Origin: Antedon mediterranea
Lineage: Eukaryota > Animalia > Echinodermata
Assembly (NCBI RefSeq): GCF_964355755.1
Contig: NC_092671.1
Span: forward strand, 24,192,070-24,256,069
Reading direction: 5' to 3'
DNA length: 64,000 nucleotides
Below are positions 11,354 to 25,262 of the stretch, in pieces (position 1 is the first letter of the stretch; each line of letters starts with the position of its first letter). The notes beneath the pieces are model-generated. The model did not search any database, was not told the origin of the DNA, and saw nothing but the letters and a program-made list of their open reading frames with translations. The position numbers and the translations under genes are program-made.

Positions 11354-13689
11354 TTACCATTATTCTTTCCAATCCGGGTTTTTAAGTATCTCCCAGAAAC
11401 GAGGGGTGATATCACTTATACCGAAAAAAGATAAATCTCCGCTATTATTGAAAAACTGGCGTCCTATCTCGCTTTTAAATGTAGATTATAAAATCTTAGC
11501 AAAAGCCATTGCGACTCGTTTAAAAAGTGTGCTGCCATCAGTAATTAATCCTGATCAAACGGGCTTTCTCAAAGGCAGATATATTGGGGAAAACATAAGA
11601 TTAGTCTATGATGTAATAGAATATGCAGAAATGCACAACAAGCCAAACTTACTGTTTTCGATAAGGTGAAAAGGGACTTCCTTGATATGTCTTAAGAGAT
11701 TTGGTTGGTAAAAATATGATAAATTGGATAACAATATTATATAAAGACATTGTTAGTTGCGTTATAAATAACGGGATAACCTCAAAATTCTTTAATTTAA
11801 AACGAGGCCTACGTCAAGGATGTCCCTTATCCCCATAACTTTTTATAATTTGTGCAGAAATACTAGGTAACATGGTACGTCAATCAGACACATTTAAAGG
11901 TATAGAGTAGTGTACAATAATGTAGACATAAGAATTTAGTCAATTTGCAGATGACACTGTGTTTTTTCTCAAAGACCAAAACTCAATTAAACCGATTATA
12001 GATATACTTGATGAATTTTCTATATATTCTGGACTCAGAATTAATTATGAAAAAAGTAACATTATGAGAATAGGATCGTTAAGAAACTGCGACTATAAAA
12101 CGCCATCTGAGAAAAGTATTTCATGGACCAAAGGCCCAGTAAAATACTTGGGTGTTAATATTTCTTGTAATTTTATTGATATTTTCAGACTCAATTTTCC
12201 AGATAAAGCTAAGGATGCTGAACAATTATTAAATATGTGGAAACAACGCTCACTTACTTTGTTTGGAAAAGCAACTATTATTAAGTCACTGTTTCTCCCA
12301 GTATGTTTTCTCAAATTTACCAGACCCACCCGATTGTTTCCTTCAAGATATTCAAAGTAAAATATTTAAATTTATATGGAACGGAAAACCCGATAAAGTC
12401 AAAAGAAAAGTCATGCTTAACAATTTTGACGAAGGAGGGTTAAAAATTCCCCATATTAAGAGTTACTGTACATCTCTCAAATCATGTTGGGTGAAAATAT
12501 ATCTTGATGGAAATCAATCCAAGTGGAAAGTGTTTTTAAAAAGTAAGATTAAAGAGGTTGGAGGAAATATTGTTTTCGAAACCAACTTTTCTAAATCTTC
12601 AAAAATATTAAAACAATTTGAAAGGTTCCATAAAGATATACTCTCTGCGTGGAGTGAATACAATTTTGTAGAACCGTATACGATAGAGGACATCTTAAAT
12701 CAATCTTTATGGAACAACTCATGTTTTGATAAAAGAGAATTTAAAGTTGAAAAAAATTGGTTGGTTCAAAATGTAAACTATGTAAAAGATATTGTGAACA
12801 AAGAAGGGAAAATATTAGAACTAGACGAATTTAACCATAAATATAATTTTAAACCAAACTTCTTATTATATCACCAGATTGTAAATTCAATTCCAAAGCT
12901 CTGGAAACAGAAATTAATTGAACAAGGTGTAGACACAACTAATGAAGTTGAATCTAAATTACAGACATTTATTTCTTTGAAAACGAGAAATTGTCATTAT
13001 ATCTATAAACACATTATATTAAAAAATGTTGAAGAGCCAATTGGAATTGAATCCAAATGGGAAAAGGAGTTTGACAACAAACTTGATTGGAAAAACCTTT
13101 TCTCAAATTCACACGACTGTACAAATGACACCAAGCTAAAAAATTTTCAATTTAAATTTATTCATCGTATAATTTATACAAATACAATGCTCTTTAAGAT
13201 GTCAAAGGTCGATTCACCAATGTGTAGTTTTTGCAAGGAAAGGCAGGAAACACTGCTACATATGTGCTTTGAATGTGATCTAGTAAAGAAAATATGGGAA
13301 AATGTAAAACAATATATGTATCGAAATATCAACAATAACTTAATTATCACCAAAGAAAGTATATGTTTTGGTTTTGGAAAAACACAGTGATGCAAACATT
13401 CTAATTTTAATTACGAAGTGGTACATATTTAGTTGCAAAATCAAAGAACAATTACTTAATTTTAATCACTTAATGCACATTTACCAAAAATACAAGGCAA
13501 CCATATTATTATTTACAAAATGATTTTTATAAAGTGTATTTTTGCGATACATTATTATTTTTTTTTCTTTTAATTCATTACTCTCTTATTTTTGAAAGAG
13601 TATTATCGTGTTTCTTCTTATTTGTTTAATAGTTACGCTACCTTTATCTATTAATTTTGTATTATGAAAAAAAAAAAGAAAAAAAAAAG

Positions 13690-14433
13690 TATGCAGATGA
13701 TTCTGTTGTTGTTGATAAGACCAAAGAATTAATTTTTGATTTCAGAAAGAAGAAAAGTGTTATCGATAATATTGTATTAAACGACCAAAAGATAGAAACT
13801 GTAAAAGAACATAAATATTTAGGAACAACGGTAGATTGTAAATTAAATTGGAATGCAAATACTGTAAATATTTGTAAAAAATGTAATCAACGGCTGTACC
13901 TTCTCAGAAAGCTGAACTCTTTCAGAGTGAATAATGATGTACTTTTTATGTTTCACCAGAGTGTTATTCTTAGTGTTGTAACTTTCAACTGTGTTGTTTG
14001 GTACAATAGTCTGAGTGCTAATGATAAAAAGAAACTTGACCGTACTATGAAAACTGCTAGTAAAATAATAGGAAGGAATGTCAATGTTATCGACGCAGTT
14101 TACAGGCGCGATGTTATTAGCCAAGTTAAGAAAATAATGGAAGATAACTCACACCCATTGAATGATAAATATGTTGTTAATAAATCAGCTAGAATTCGTC
14201 CTTTAATGTGCAATACCACTCGATGTAGGAAATCATTTGTCCACAACTCTATTCATGTTTCCAACACAACATTCCAAAGATAGTTTGTTTACTTCTGTAT
14301 ATAGTTTTAATGTATTGTATTGATATTTTTAATGTTTTATATATTGTATGTGTTTTTAAGCATCAAGGAACACCAATTTCATGTTCGCCTTGTTGTGTTC
14401 ATGACAATAAAGATTTATCTTATCTTATCTTAA
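13690..14433 (+). mobile_element. Rex1/Babar- or L2-like LINE 3' fragment
   Basis: YADD, KTKELIFDFRKK, KYLG, QRLYLLRKL, ASKIIG, SHPL; AATAAA followed by a (TCTTA)n tail. Confidence 0.85.
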
Positions 14434-16639
14434 TTGCAATACGCAGACGTTACCACTGTGAAATGTTATTTGTGCGTGTAAAAACGCGTCATGGTATATG
14501 CGCGTATTGCGTAAATCATAATTAATAACTTTTATTGTAGACACATGGTCGTGTTTATAATATTGCTATACGATCTTTGATTGCACATCAACAAGGATAT
14601 TTCAAATTGTTCATTGTATCATTGAAATTGATTTTCTATGGCCCTACAGTTAAAAAAAAAGCTTAATGTCTTCAAAATCACCATTTTTACATAGTGTGCA
14701 AATACCTGTGGTTATATTTGACCACTTGCATGTTGCAAGTGTTTGATCTAGCCTTAAACTTTAAACTGGCACCATAAAAATTTGTTTGACAAATATACAA
14801 TTATGATCATAGGATCTCACAAAAACATAAATTATTCAGATTTAAATATCAACACTAATGGCCCGGGGCGTTTATTCGAGGGTTACATAAAAAAAGTAAA
14901 TATTTCTTTCCCAACATAACATATATCAGTAATGTATATACCAATATTTCAAAATAGGGCTGCTAGAAATAAATTATCACAAAAGTTCTGAAGCTTTAGT
15001 AACATATATATCTAAACTAGATTTCATCTCAACACCAACATTATACTAAGATTGCTCTATAACACAATGCCAAATTCAAGAAATTTATTCAAAGAACATG
15101 ATATTAAATTATAATCCGTTTATAGATCAAACACCTAATAATAAATTTAAAAAAAAGTTTTCCCTTTCAGGTAGCTAATTTGTGGAATAAACTAGTACAG
15201 TAATATAAAATCGACTCCAAGTATAAATGATTATAATATGTATATAAATAAGTATATATGAATGTATACTTTTTTTATTTAAAAATTTTTTTTAGTGATA
15301 CTGTATTTTCATTTCATTTATTAATTTACCAAAAATGGTAAGGGACAGCTAAAGAAAAAAAATCTCTATGACCCAAAGGCCAGCTGTCCCTTTAAAAATA
15401 CATATACAAATAAAAAATACATTTAAAAACATGCAAGGGATGCAGAAATTATTTAAAAAAATAGTTATAGCACCCATCTCCTGCGTTTTAGGAGATGTCT
15501 GTGGGCAGACTTTAATTTTGTTCCTTCTGACAGGACTAGGTCTTTGGCCTGGAATTGTGGGTGGCAAATTTGCACACATTTAATTTTGGGGTGATGATAA
15601 ACATTTTGTAAATTTCCCAGTTGTTGTGTTTGAGTTTTTGGATTGTAAAAATGTAGTTTTTCTTTGTGCCGTGTCACCAAGTCATATGGTGGAGTTACTG
15701 TTTTTTGAAATAATTTCTGCATCCCTTGCATTTTTTAATTCTGTTTGTTATATTTACTAGTTCATATGGTTGCTGCTGTGGTTGTTGTGGTGATGCTTCT
15801 GTGGCTCCTGTCATTTTTGTTGTTTTTTACTGCTGCAGCTCTTGTTGTTTTTGTTGTGGGTGTTGCTGCTTTCTTTTATGTTGTTGTCGTTGTTGCTGCT
15901 GTTGTTGTTCATTTTTGCAGATGTTGCAAATGAAGTTTTTTTCCGATGAAAAGTTCCTTTTTGGCACATCTAGACAATCTTAGTGGTACCATTTGTTGCA
16001 TGTGTCACATGCAACCTAATATTTAACAAATAAAAATGAAATTTGATTTTATATCTCAAACAGATTTGGGTATGTACCCTGAATAGTTGATAACAACATT
16101 AAAATGAATACATAACGGTTTAAAGACTAAAAGGTAGTACATTTCAAAGGGGTAAAAAGCGGGTAAAAAGACACTGACAGGCAGATGAAATAGGGGTATT
16201 TATTTAAAAATTCACACCCTCTTGCTCCCCCTTCCCCCTTCCCTTCTATCTCATATTAGTATGTGGTATTTATAGACTTAAGTGATAACTCTTCACAATT
16301 ATAGCTATAAATAAGAAAACATTTGAAATTAGTAGCATTATTATCATTAAATTCCAAAAAGTGATAATTACGCACCCACTGTGTTGATTTGGGTTTGGGT
16401 CTTGTCTCTTCTTCATACAGACCACTTGGTACCTCCTCATTACCACAAAACCGGCAATATGGTGTTAAATTTTCTGAAAGATAAATTCAAAAATTAGGAT
16501 TTTTTTGTAAATACAAAAAACATTAGGTAGCCATTTTGTCTGACATTTTTGTTACTTTTTTGTTTTTAGTAAAATTTGAAATATCAAGAATATAAAACTA
16601 TAATTTACCAGATGCCATCAATATCTGTACTCCAATCTA

Positions 16640-17075
16640 AAATAATTAAATGTAAATAAATGCCATAAAACAACGTTAAGAATAATGTATTTATAAATAT
16701 AACAACTTACCTGGCTCATGATGTGGTTCTGTAACATCATCTGTTAACAAAAGATAATTATTATAAACTTGATTTGCTGAAATAATTAAATAAAAGAAAA
16801 TGCCATAAAACAACATTAATAATGATGTATTTATAAATATAACAACTTACCTGGCTCATGATGTGGTTCTGTAACATCATCTGTTAACAAAAGATTATTA
16901 TTATAAACTTGATTTGCTGAAATAATTATATGTAAATAAATGCCATAAAAGAAAATTAATAATGATGTATTTATGAATACGACAACTTACCTGGCTCATG
17001 ATGTGGTTCTGTAACATCTTCTGCTAGAAAAAGATAATTATTATAAACTTGATTTGCTGAAATAATTAAATGCAA
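16640..17075 (-). repeat. 140-bp tandem repeat x3, each unit carrying a 30-nt microexon
   Basis: cag|ATGATGTTACAGAACCACATCATGAGCCAG|gtaagt at 16740-16711 and 16880-16851, with a one-base variant at 17020-16991. Confidence 0.9.
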
Positions 17076-17835
17076 ATACATAAAACATATTGAATACTTA
17101 CATATGCACGTTAATTTATAGAGACATGTATTTACATTGTCTTCATGGCCACAAACAATTCCTAAAGACTATAGATTGAAAAGATGAGTTTAATTCAAAT
17201 GTTATTATTTTACATTATGTACTTGCGTAGATCTTCATCATCATTGTTTTTTGTCTCTTCACAGATACTTTTTTCTGTGTTACTCTCATTGCATATACGG
17301 ATGTGATCAAGGCTTGTTCTTGATTTCAAAACACTTCCATTTTCATCTTTTAGTGTGACAGTCTTACCTTTAATGGATGCAACAATATAGGGACCACTGA
17401 AGTTCGATTGCAAACGATTTCCTTTAATATTTCGTTTTCTTTGGTTGAATTTTAAGACTTTTGAACCTACTTCAATGGCTGGTTTTTTAAACTTTTTGTC
17501 ATATTTTGTTTTGTATTGTTTCTGTTTTTCTTTATATTTTTTAGAACAGCTTTGGTCGGTTCTTTGATGGCATTGCCTCTGTTTTTCATCATTTCTTCAT
17601 TTGCCTCTGTTATGCACGATAGGTTTGATAACTGTTTTTAGAGATACAAATTTATACTTAATATCAGAACACTAATAAATTTAAAATTGCACAATTGATA
17701 ATAACGATAATAATTGAAACCATAATTTTATTTGTGGGTTAACAATAATGTGGCAACTGCTCAAGGGCGGGTATTTATTTTAGTTTCAACGTGCTGATTA
17801 AATATTATAATTGTAAAGATGCACATACCTCTTTA

Positions 17836-19463
17836 TTAGTTATCCGCTTGGTATACCAAGCGGATAACTCCTTGTTATTGTACGAGATCAACATTTTTTT
17901 TCTGTATTATTCTTCTTTCCTTCCTTCCTTTTTGTGAGTCGCGTTTCTCTAAAATGTGTAAACATAACATTTCATAACTGTGACAACATATGGGCATTTA
18001 CGTGAAGTTGTGCACCTCCTATTTTTGAATGACGTCATAGTTGCGCAACGTGACTTACGCGCAATTTTATGAATTTCAATGATTGATCATAGATTAAAAA
18101 CCAAAAGTCATTTAGTATTGACACTTTGACAAAATTTAAGTCATATCAGGGGCAAACTTTCTACGGATTAAAAATGGCATGTTTCACAAGAAGTTACGCG
18201 CGCACGCGCATTTAAAATTTCAAAATGCGCAAAATTAATTTCTAATCAACTTTTTACGCGTTTCATGTCATTTTGAGCATGTCAAAAATTCCCACGGGCG
18301 CGCGATTTTTTACGCACGCGGTGCGCACGTAGCGATAAAAACATATTTTTTTCTCTTGAATTATATTTTTCAAGCCTTTCCTAGTAATTTTGAAAACAAT
18401 TTAGAACTTTTCCAGTTTAAATAACGCCATACGAACACGTTGAATTAGACAATTTGTGCGCGTTTTTTATGAAAAAGCTTAAAAAATCATCAAAATAATG
18501 TCTTTTTTTAAACAGTCATAGTTTCTAAAATAAACCGTGAACCGTTTATTTTTATTACAAAATCTAGAAGTTGATGAGTTGCAGATATCGGATCATGCAT
18601 CGATAAGGCCAAAAAAACATTGTGACGTAATCGTATGGCCACACGAATGTAAAATATAGGATTTTTGTCTGTTTCGTTATTGCTCATCACATTCAATGGA
18701 GCGCATCACGCTTATCTGTATTCATTTTTCTCCTATATTTATATATTGTCTAGGTTAATCAACTTTCTTTAGCATGAGATAAAAATATTTTAATTTTTAT
18801 AACGTCATCATGCCTAAAAATTTTAATTACGTGGGTCATTAATTTCATCTTTACAGTAAATTTTAATCTGTAATAGCTCGTAAGAATAAAATGTGATAAT
18901 CACGATTAAAACGTTTTCTGGAAGCTATAGGATTGTAGATACGAATTCATGTAAACATTTTGCCAATCGGATGTTGTGACGTCATCATATTGCCAGTTGA
19001 ATAAAAAGAGTCGTATTTTCATATTTTGCGTAATAGTTCATCACATTTAAATGTGCGCGCACCAACATTTTACGTATTCAAATTTCTTCTACACGTTAAT
19101 ATGTTGTTGCTAAGATAATTTTCTTCAGAAATTGCTATCGTTGTGTTGTTTTTTTTATGACGTCATCATGTTAAATATTTGAATTAAAGGCAGGTCCCAT
19201 AATTCAGTTAATATGTCATATAATAATACAGTAGTACAATGTACACCAGCATAGTCTCTGATGTGAGCAAATTGTTGTTTGCCGCCCTCTGTATCATGTA
19301 GAATTAATGTCTCCTTTTATACACAGTGTACTGTATAATTATAATAGGCTACAAGGCGAAAATACAGGACCACCTCTTATTATAGTTTTTAACGTATGAC
19401 GTGCACGTGGCATCTGTCGTGCGGATAACTAACTCGTCAAAGTGACGAGTTTCATGTCTAGTT
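17836..19463 (+). mobile_element. Helentron-associated non-autonomous element (HINE/DINE-1-like) inserted in a Ginger exon
   Basis: 5' AGTTATCCGC with local palindrome; 3' GCGGATAACT, stem-loop AACTCGTCA-aag-TGACGAGTT, then CTAGTT; T-rich site; splits STNK/IKR of the integrase. Confidence 0.78.
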
Positions 19464-20900
19464 TTTTTATTGGTACTTTCATCCAAGCCATTTGATTGTA
19501 GATGGTAAGCTGTTGTTTTCCTATGTTGTACCCCCAATATTTTGCAAAGTCTCTCGTTAACCTTCAGTGTTGAAAAACATTAACGATTACATTTACTTTT
19601 TTTAAAATTATTTTCCATTCCATTTTGAAATTCAACGAATTATATATTTAATACATACTATGTCATACTAATAGTGTACCCAATTGCTGTAGAGACGCTT
19701 AATATATACTTAACTCATAATGAACTAACCTTATTTACAAACTCTTTTCCGTTGTCGCTTATGATTGATTCAACGGCACCATGTCTGTGGTAAATTTTTA
19801 CTATGCACTCTCCTACCTCCTCACTTGTTTTTTGCCGAATGACAAAGGCCTCACACCATTTGGTGTAGTAATCAGTAGCGGTAAATATGTACTTTTTTCC
19901 TCCGTCTGATGTTTTATACGGGCCCATTAAATCAATGGCCATCATCTCAAAAAGGCCAGTTACCTGCAGAAACAAAACAAGTAAATTTAATTTACAACAT
20001 ATATTTTAAATAATGCTGTTGGTCTGGTAGGGCAGAATTTTTGAAACCTTTAAAAGTAATGTAGTTTTGAGATTCACAATTATACTGTAAAACAAAATGC
20101 ATTTTTTAAACTGCAAAACATTTTTTGGAACATGAAAGGAAACATACACCCTCAATTAAAAATCAATACTTGGTCAACCAGTATGAGTGAGTTGTCTGGT
20201 TTGATTAATAATGTTTTGATGATGATCTTTTTTTTGTAATGAATAAACCATTCTCAGATCAGAATAAAAATAAACAATAAAGTCATACTGCTATTGGTTG
20301 GAGTTCCCTTGAAATTGACTTTAAGCTGTCTCCTTTCTGGCAAGACAAGCAGTTTGTTATCTAGAAGTTTAACAAAATATTTTACTGTTAAGATACATTG
20401 TTCTATATATTCTAGCAATTTACGTCTCCAAACTTTCATATGTCTGACAGCTAAACATTATTTATGTAAATAATTGTTTATTTAAAAAACAAATTTCCAA
20501 TTGTAAAAGACTGAATAAAAGACTGTTACCGTAAGAGAAATTGTAATCTTACAAAAATGTATATATCATAAGATTTCAAGCTTACCCATTCATTTATCAT
20601 TAGTGTTTTGGCTGGCCAGTAAAAACGTTCACACACCATCTTGTGTGTTTTGTTTCGGCCTAGATGCCCCCCTGTTGGTATGTCGTGTACCTGTCTCAAG
20701 ACTTCTTTTGCTTCTTCTTTTGTTTTTATGCATTTGGCAACTCTTCCATCCTTTATTTTCGGTGAAGGATTTTTCCTAGATTTAATAAAAATATAATTAT
20801 GAATAATGATTAATACTGTATTGATATAAAATTGTATTTATTTTATTGTAGATTACAAAAAGGAAAAACAAAACAAGAATTAAAGAAGTATTTAAAACAA

Positions 20901-22077
20901 CTAGATGGCACGCTCGCTTCGCTCGCGTACCATCTAGGTCGTGCCCACAGATGGTTCTCGAATACACAGTATTTTCCAGCGAGAAAAAAATGGAGATTTC
21001 AAATGTACGTACTGCAGGACTATAATACATTGTCGTTTACAGAAACGAATAAATATACACGATGATTTATGTAGTCAGCTAAAATTAGCACCCTGGGAAT
21101 TACTTCCGAGAGAGAAACAAAATGAGTCAAATTTTTTTATTTGGACTCATTTAAACAAACCCAATTTGTGTTTTGAATGTAACATTAAGGGTTGAGGGAT
21201 GGGGGAAGAAGATAGGTACAAAGAGGAAACATTTTAAAATATATTCTTATCCACTCAGTAACGAAATATTGTTTTTAATGTTTTATAGGCCTATAAATAA
21301 TATACCACTAAATACAGTAAAACATTTACGATTTAATACTTTGTTAAAACTCTCACTGTCATAGTCTATTGAAATAGTAAAGTACATGTAACGATACACG
21401 TACCACTACGTACGTTTATATATTTTTAAATTATTAATTAATACAAACGTTGAGAAGCAACTGTCAGTAATAACGTTTATTTATTTGTATATTATATGTT
21501 TATAATCTAACAATACCTTAACAGTATTGTACAGCATTGCAATACTATTTATGTTTATTCTCCAAGGGGGCCCATAAATCTAAATCTATACCTCTATGGT
21601 TAAACCAAATAATTTGGAATGTTCCATTCATCACAAATCAATACATTTGTAAAAACGTATATTACATGTATCAAAATAGCATTTTTTAAAGAAAATCGGC
21701 CTGTCTTCAACATCATGATGCTGTACTCGAACTGTTCAACCGGTTTTCAGCTATTAAAAACAATTATCGTAGGAGGAGATAGGAAAATGCGAAGCGTCCT
21801 CGTATTATTGTGTGCGGGTATTTTTCAAATTGACATCCATTAGACAGTGTATACCACGATCGGAAAACACCCCTATTTGGGGCAAATCTTTGAACCTAAA
21901 TTCGTTTTAATCGTCAATAACTAATTATCGAACTCAATTTAATTAGTAAACAGGGTTACATCAGGTGGTTAAAATTAGTACCGAAAGTACGAACCAACTT
22001 TATATACCATCGCGTAAACATTCTAGAAATAACGCACGATTTACCGATTTTTGCCCTTACGTAAATTTATATATAGA
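20901..22077 (-). mobile_element. Non-autonomous Helitron in a Ginger intron
   Basis: Minus strand reads A|TCTATATATA...GGTACGC-loop-GCGTGCC-ATCTAG|T; related internal sequence recurs at ~35120-36080. Confidence 0.75.
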
Positions 22078-24779
22078 TGAAGAATGGAGTCAGCGTTGAT
22101 AACACAAGTTCATAATACTACTAATTTGTAATAACAAAACAAAACTGTATAGTCATTTACCCTTTAAAGAGTATTTGTTTACTTTTAGATTTTTGGCTAC
22201 AAATTGATATTTATTTTTGAATTATTTATAATCTGTATTATAAGAGAAATAGTTTTTACAGTTGTTCGCAACCTCCCTGTAGTTGGGGATGGTGTGAATT
22301 AGTAGTAAATGTTTATATACCTTGTATAACAAAATTCAGGCATTTTCTTCTGATCCTCCGTTTATCCTCTTTGGAACATCCCTCTGGATAACTAGAATTA
22401 CTCAGGTAATTATATACCTTGTCATATTCTTCTTCCATAGTTTTACAACCTAAACATTTACTTTGGAGATGGGCAAAGTTTTTCGAATGTTTGTAGTTAA
22501 TTTATAGGCACTGTAACTAAGGTCCAGTTTAAATAAACAGTAACCGCTTAATAATTGTGTAAATAAATTTCACCAAAGTAATTAATTTGTATCAAGACTT
22601 ATTGAAACCTATTGTCTTCATGGACACAATTTTAATTTAACCAAATATATTTTATTATTTTTTTTACAAGCATATACAGTATTAATTTTGCTTTGCAATA
22701 ATAATAATGTGTAAAACGTTTATCCGGTTGATAGTTTAAATGATAATAAAATTGATTTAATGAGCGGATACTCAAATTCTATATTATTTTGCCTAACGCT
22801 ACATCATTCTATTCATGTGTTATGATCAAGCATATGCTTATTCATGTAAACACCCTGGTTATATGTTATAAATGTTTTATCTACTACTAGAATAGTACCT
22901 ACTGACAAACCAACACGTGTCTAGTCTACTAGTAGAATATGAACCAAACGATGTATTCAATTCAATTCAAAACTTTATTTATTCTCGAAATGCAGTTTAA
23001 CAGTAAAATATATACATATAAATCACAGTATGTCACAAGACCTGTTAGATCGTAAAAATATTACTAACAGAAATATGCTTACAAAAAGATCGTTTTTCAA
23101 CAAGTTCTAGGAGAAATGTATACATTCATACAGCTAATTAATTATGTAAAAAAAAATTATCAACCTAGCCAATTGAATTATCATGCTGGAAAATTATTTA
23201 CTACAGTATAAGAGGTACTCATGCCTACCTTGTTGATGTTAAACTTGAAAAAATGTATCTAGATTCAGCCGATCAGACAGCAAAACAGTTAACAATTACG
23301 GTTTCGTTCTTTTATTGCTGCCAGGATACTTTCTATTAACCAGTAGGATTTCACTAAATTCATTACTATCAACCAATAGGATACCAATCAACATTTTTAG
23401 GGAAAATAATTTTTAACTTTGTTATTAAACTTATGTTATTATTTTTAACCAATAAGATTGTGATTATAGTGAACCAATACCCAATCATCATTCAGATATT
23501 TTTGTATTGATCTGTTTTGCCTGGCAGCCTGGTCCATTAAGTACTGCGCAGTGTACTCTTTAGTGATGACATTTTAAATATAATTCTTGCACCATTCAAA
23601 GTAATGAATATACCGTACTCATAATAATTTCACAATTGGTGGTACAATAACTCAACTTAAATATCGCACCATGTAGTGTTGTCAATAGAAAACCGTAGTA
23701 GTACTAGGCTATTTGGATTTCTGTCAATAAACACCCACTGAACTAATTGATTATGACAAAATAATGATGAATACCAATTCAGAACTTCTTTAGGGGCGTT
23801 GTAAATTTTCGATAGGACATGAAAACGTAGCCGCCGCCGCCCCCCACCCCCTCTCTCTCCATTTTCTATGATATTCTGATTTAAAACCAATTTTGTTTGT
23901 ATTGATATTTGACATAGTGTTGAGAACTAATCGATTATGAAAAAATAATGATTAATATCGATTCAGAACTTCTTTAAACAGAGGGGGGACATTCTTTCAC
24001 AGGGGGGTTGAAAATGTTAGATAGGCCATGAAAATGAATCCCCCTCCAATTTCCATGATATTCTGATTTAAAACCAAATTTTGTTTGTATTGATATTTGA
24101 CATAGTGTTGAAAATTGATCAATTATGAAAAAATAATGATGAATATCGATTCAAAACTTCTTTAAACAGAGGGGGGGGGGGGGACATTCTTTCACAGGGG
24201 GAGGGGGGGGGGGTTGACAATTTTAGATAGGCCATGAAAACGAATCCCCCTCCAATTTCCATGATATTCTGATTTAAAACCAAATTTTGTTTGTATTGAT
24301 ATTTGACATAGTGTTGAAAATTGATCAATTATGAAAAAATAATGATGAATATCGATTCAAAACTTCTTTAAGAGGGGGGACATTCTTTCACAGGGGTGTT
24401 GAAAATGTTAGATAGGCCATGAAAACGAACCCCCTCCAATTTCTATGATATTCTGATTTAAAACCAAATTCATTTTGTATTAATAATTGACATAGTGTTG
24501 AGAACTGATCGATATATGAAAAAATAATGATGAAAATCGATTCAGAACTTCTTTAAACAGAGGGGGACATTCTTTCACAGGGGAGGTCGAAAATGTTAGA
24601 TAGGCCATGAAAACGAACCCCCTCCAATTTCTATGATATTCTGATTTAAAACCAAATTCATTTTGTACTGATAATTAACGTAGTGTTGAAAACTGATCGA
24701 TTACAATAAACATAATGATGAATATCGATTCAAAACTTCTTAAAACTGAGGGGGAAATTTCGTCACAGGGGGTTGAACA

Positions 24780-25262
24780 TTTCGTTTCGTTTATTAAACA
24801 ATTCTTTACGCATACATAAAAATACAAGATGTTACATATTAAAATTCATGTGCAGAAGGGAGCCTAGATAAGTTTTTTTTAAAACAAACATCTTAGATTG
24901 TGTAATGTAATGTAGTTAAAAATGTTCAATATTATACAATTTAACAACTGTATACTGACAGTACCGGTGACCTGCAATATTATACAATTTAACAACTGTA
25001 TAATGACAGTACCGGTGACCTGCAATATTATACAATTTAACAACTGTAGGTGACCTGCAATATTATACAATTTAACAACTGTATACTGACAGTACCGGTG
25101 ACCCGCAATATTACTAGGTGATTGACCAGTTGTTTATTTAAAAGAAAAGAAATATTTTCAAAAGAATGAAGTCTACCAACCCCTCGACCTTTAACATCGT
25201 AAAAAAATTTAAGAATGACAGATTTTGGATTAGATATCTTAAGCCATTAATCAACCTTAAGA
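24780..25262 (-). mobile_element. Probable LINE 3' end containing a ~48-bp tandem repeat (24927-25112)
   Basis: TTTCGTTTCGTTTATT tail/polyA pattern on the minus strand; CAATATTATACAATTTAACAACTGTA...GGTGACCTG x4. Confidence 0.5.

Larger units (their letters stand above)
5587..13688 (+). mobile_element. L1/Tx1-clade LINE ORF2 (APE-RT-zf), pseudogenised, interrupted by an Academ element
   Basis: SLNVRGL, LQETH, NLYGP, RLDYFL, SDHS, WKLN, KTPGTDGFPAEFY, WRPISLLNVDYKI, GLRQGCPLSP, QFADDT, KYLG, CSFC...HMCFEC; stops and frameshifts; A-rich tail at ~13667-13688. Confidence 0.93.
15600..22438 (-). mobile_element. Ginger-type (Gypsy-integrase-like) DNA transposase gene, intron-rich, pseudogenised, with a C-terminal PHD finger
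   Basis: Spliced exons: MEEEYDKVYNYLSNSSYPEGCSKEDKRRIRRK (22438-22321); HDIPTGGHLGRNKT..ERFYW (~20775-20586); IDLMGP..TDYYTKW..SDNGKEF (19963-19730); TAYHLQSNGLDE (~19560-19470); GPY domain (~17600-17220); CRFC..W|VACDTCNKWYH*DC..FICNIC (~16470-15915). No RT/RNase H nearby. TIRs not identified; 3' limit approximate. Confidence 0.82.

Noticed and set aside
13657-13700. ORF start MYYEKKKEKKK as a real N-terminus
   Set aside because: It is the L1 A-rich tail read in frame with the adjacent Rex1/L2-like fragment.
15726-15983. Cys-rich or Val-rich plus-strand ORFs (metallothionein-like or membrane peptide)
   Set aside because: Antisense reading of the CAA/CAG low-complexity tail of the Ginger gene.
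14436-23690. TIRs for the Ginger element near 14440 and 23640
   Set aside because: Only weak similarity (ACCAC..TGTGAAAT); no clear TGT/ACA ends or TSD.
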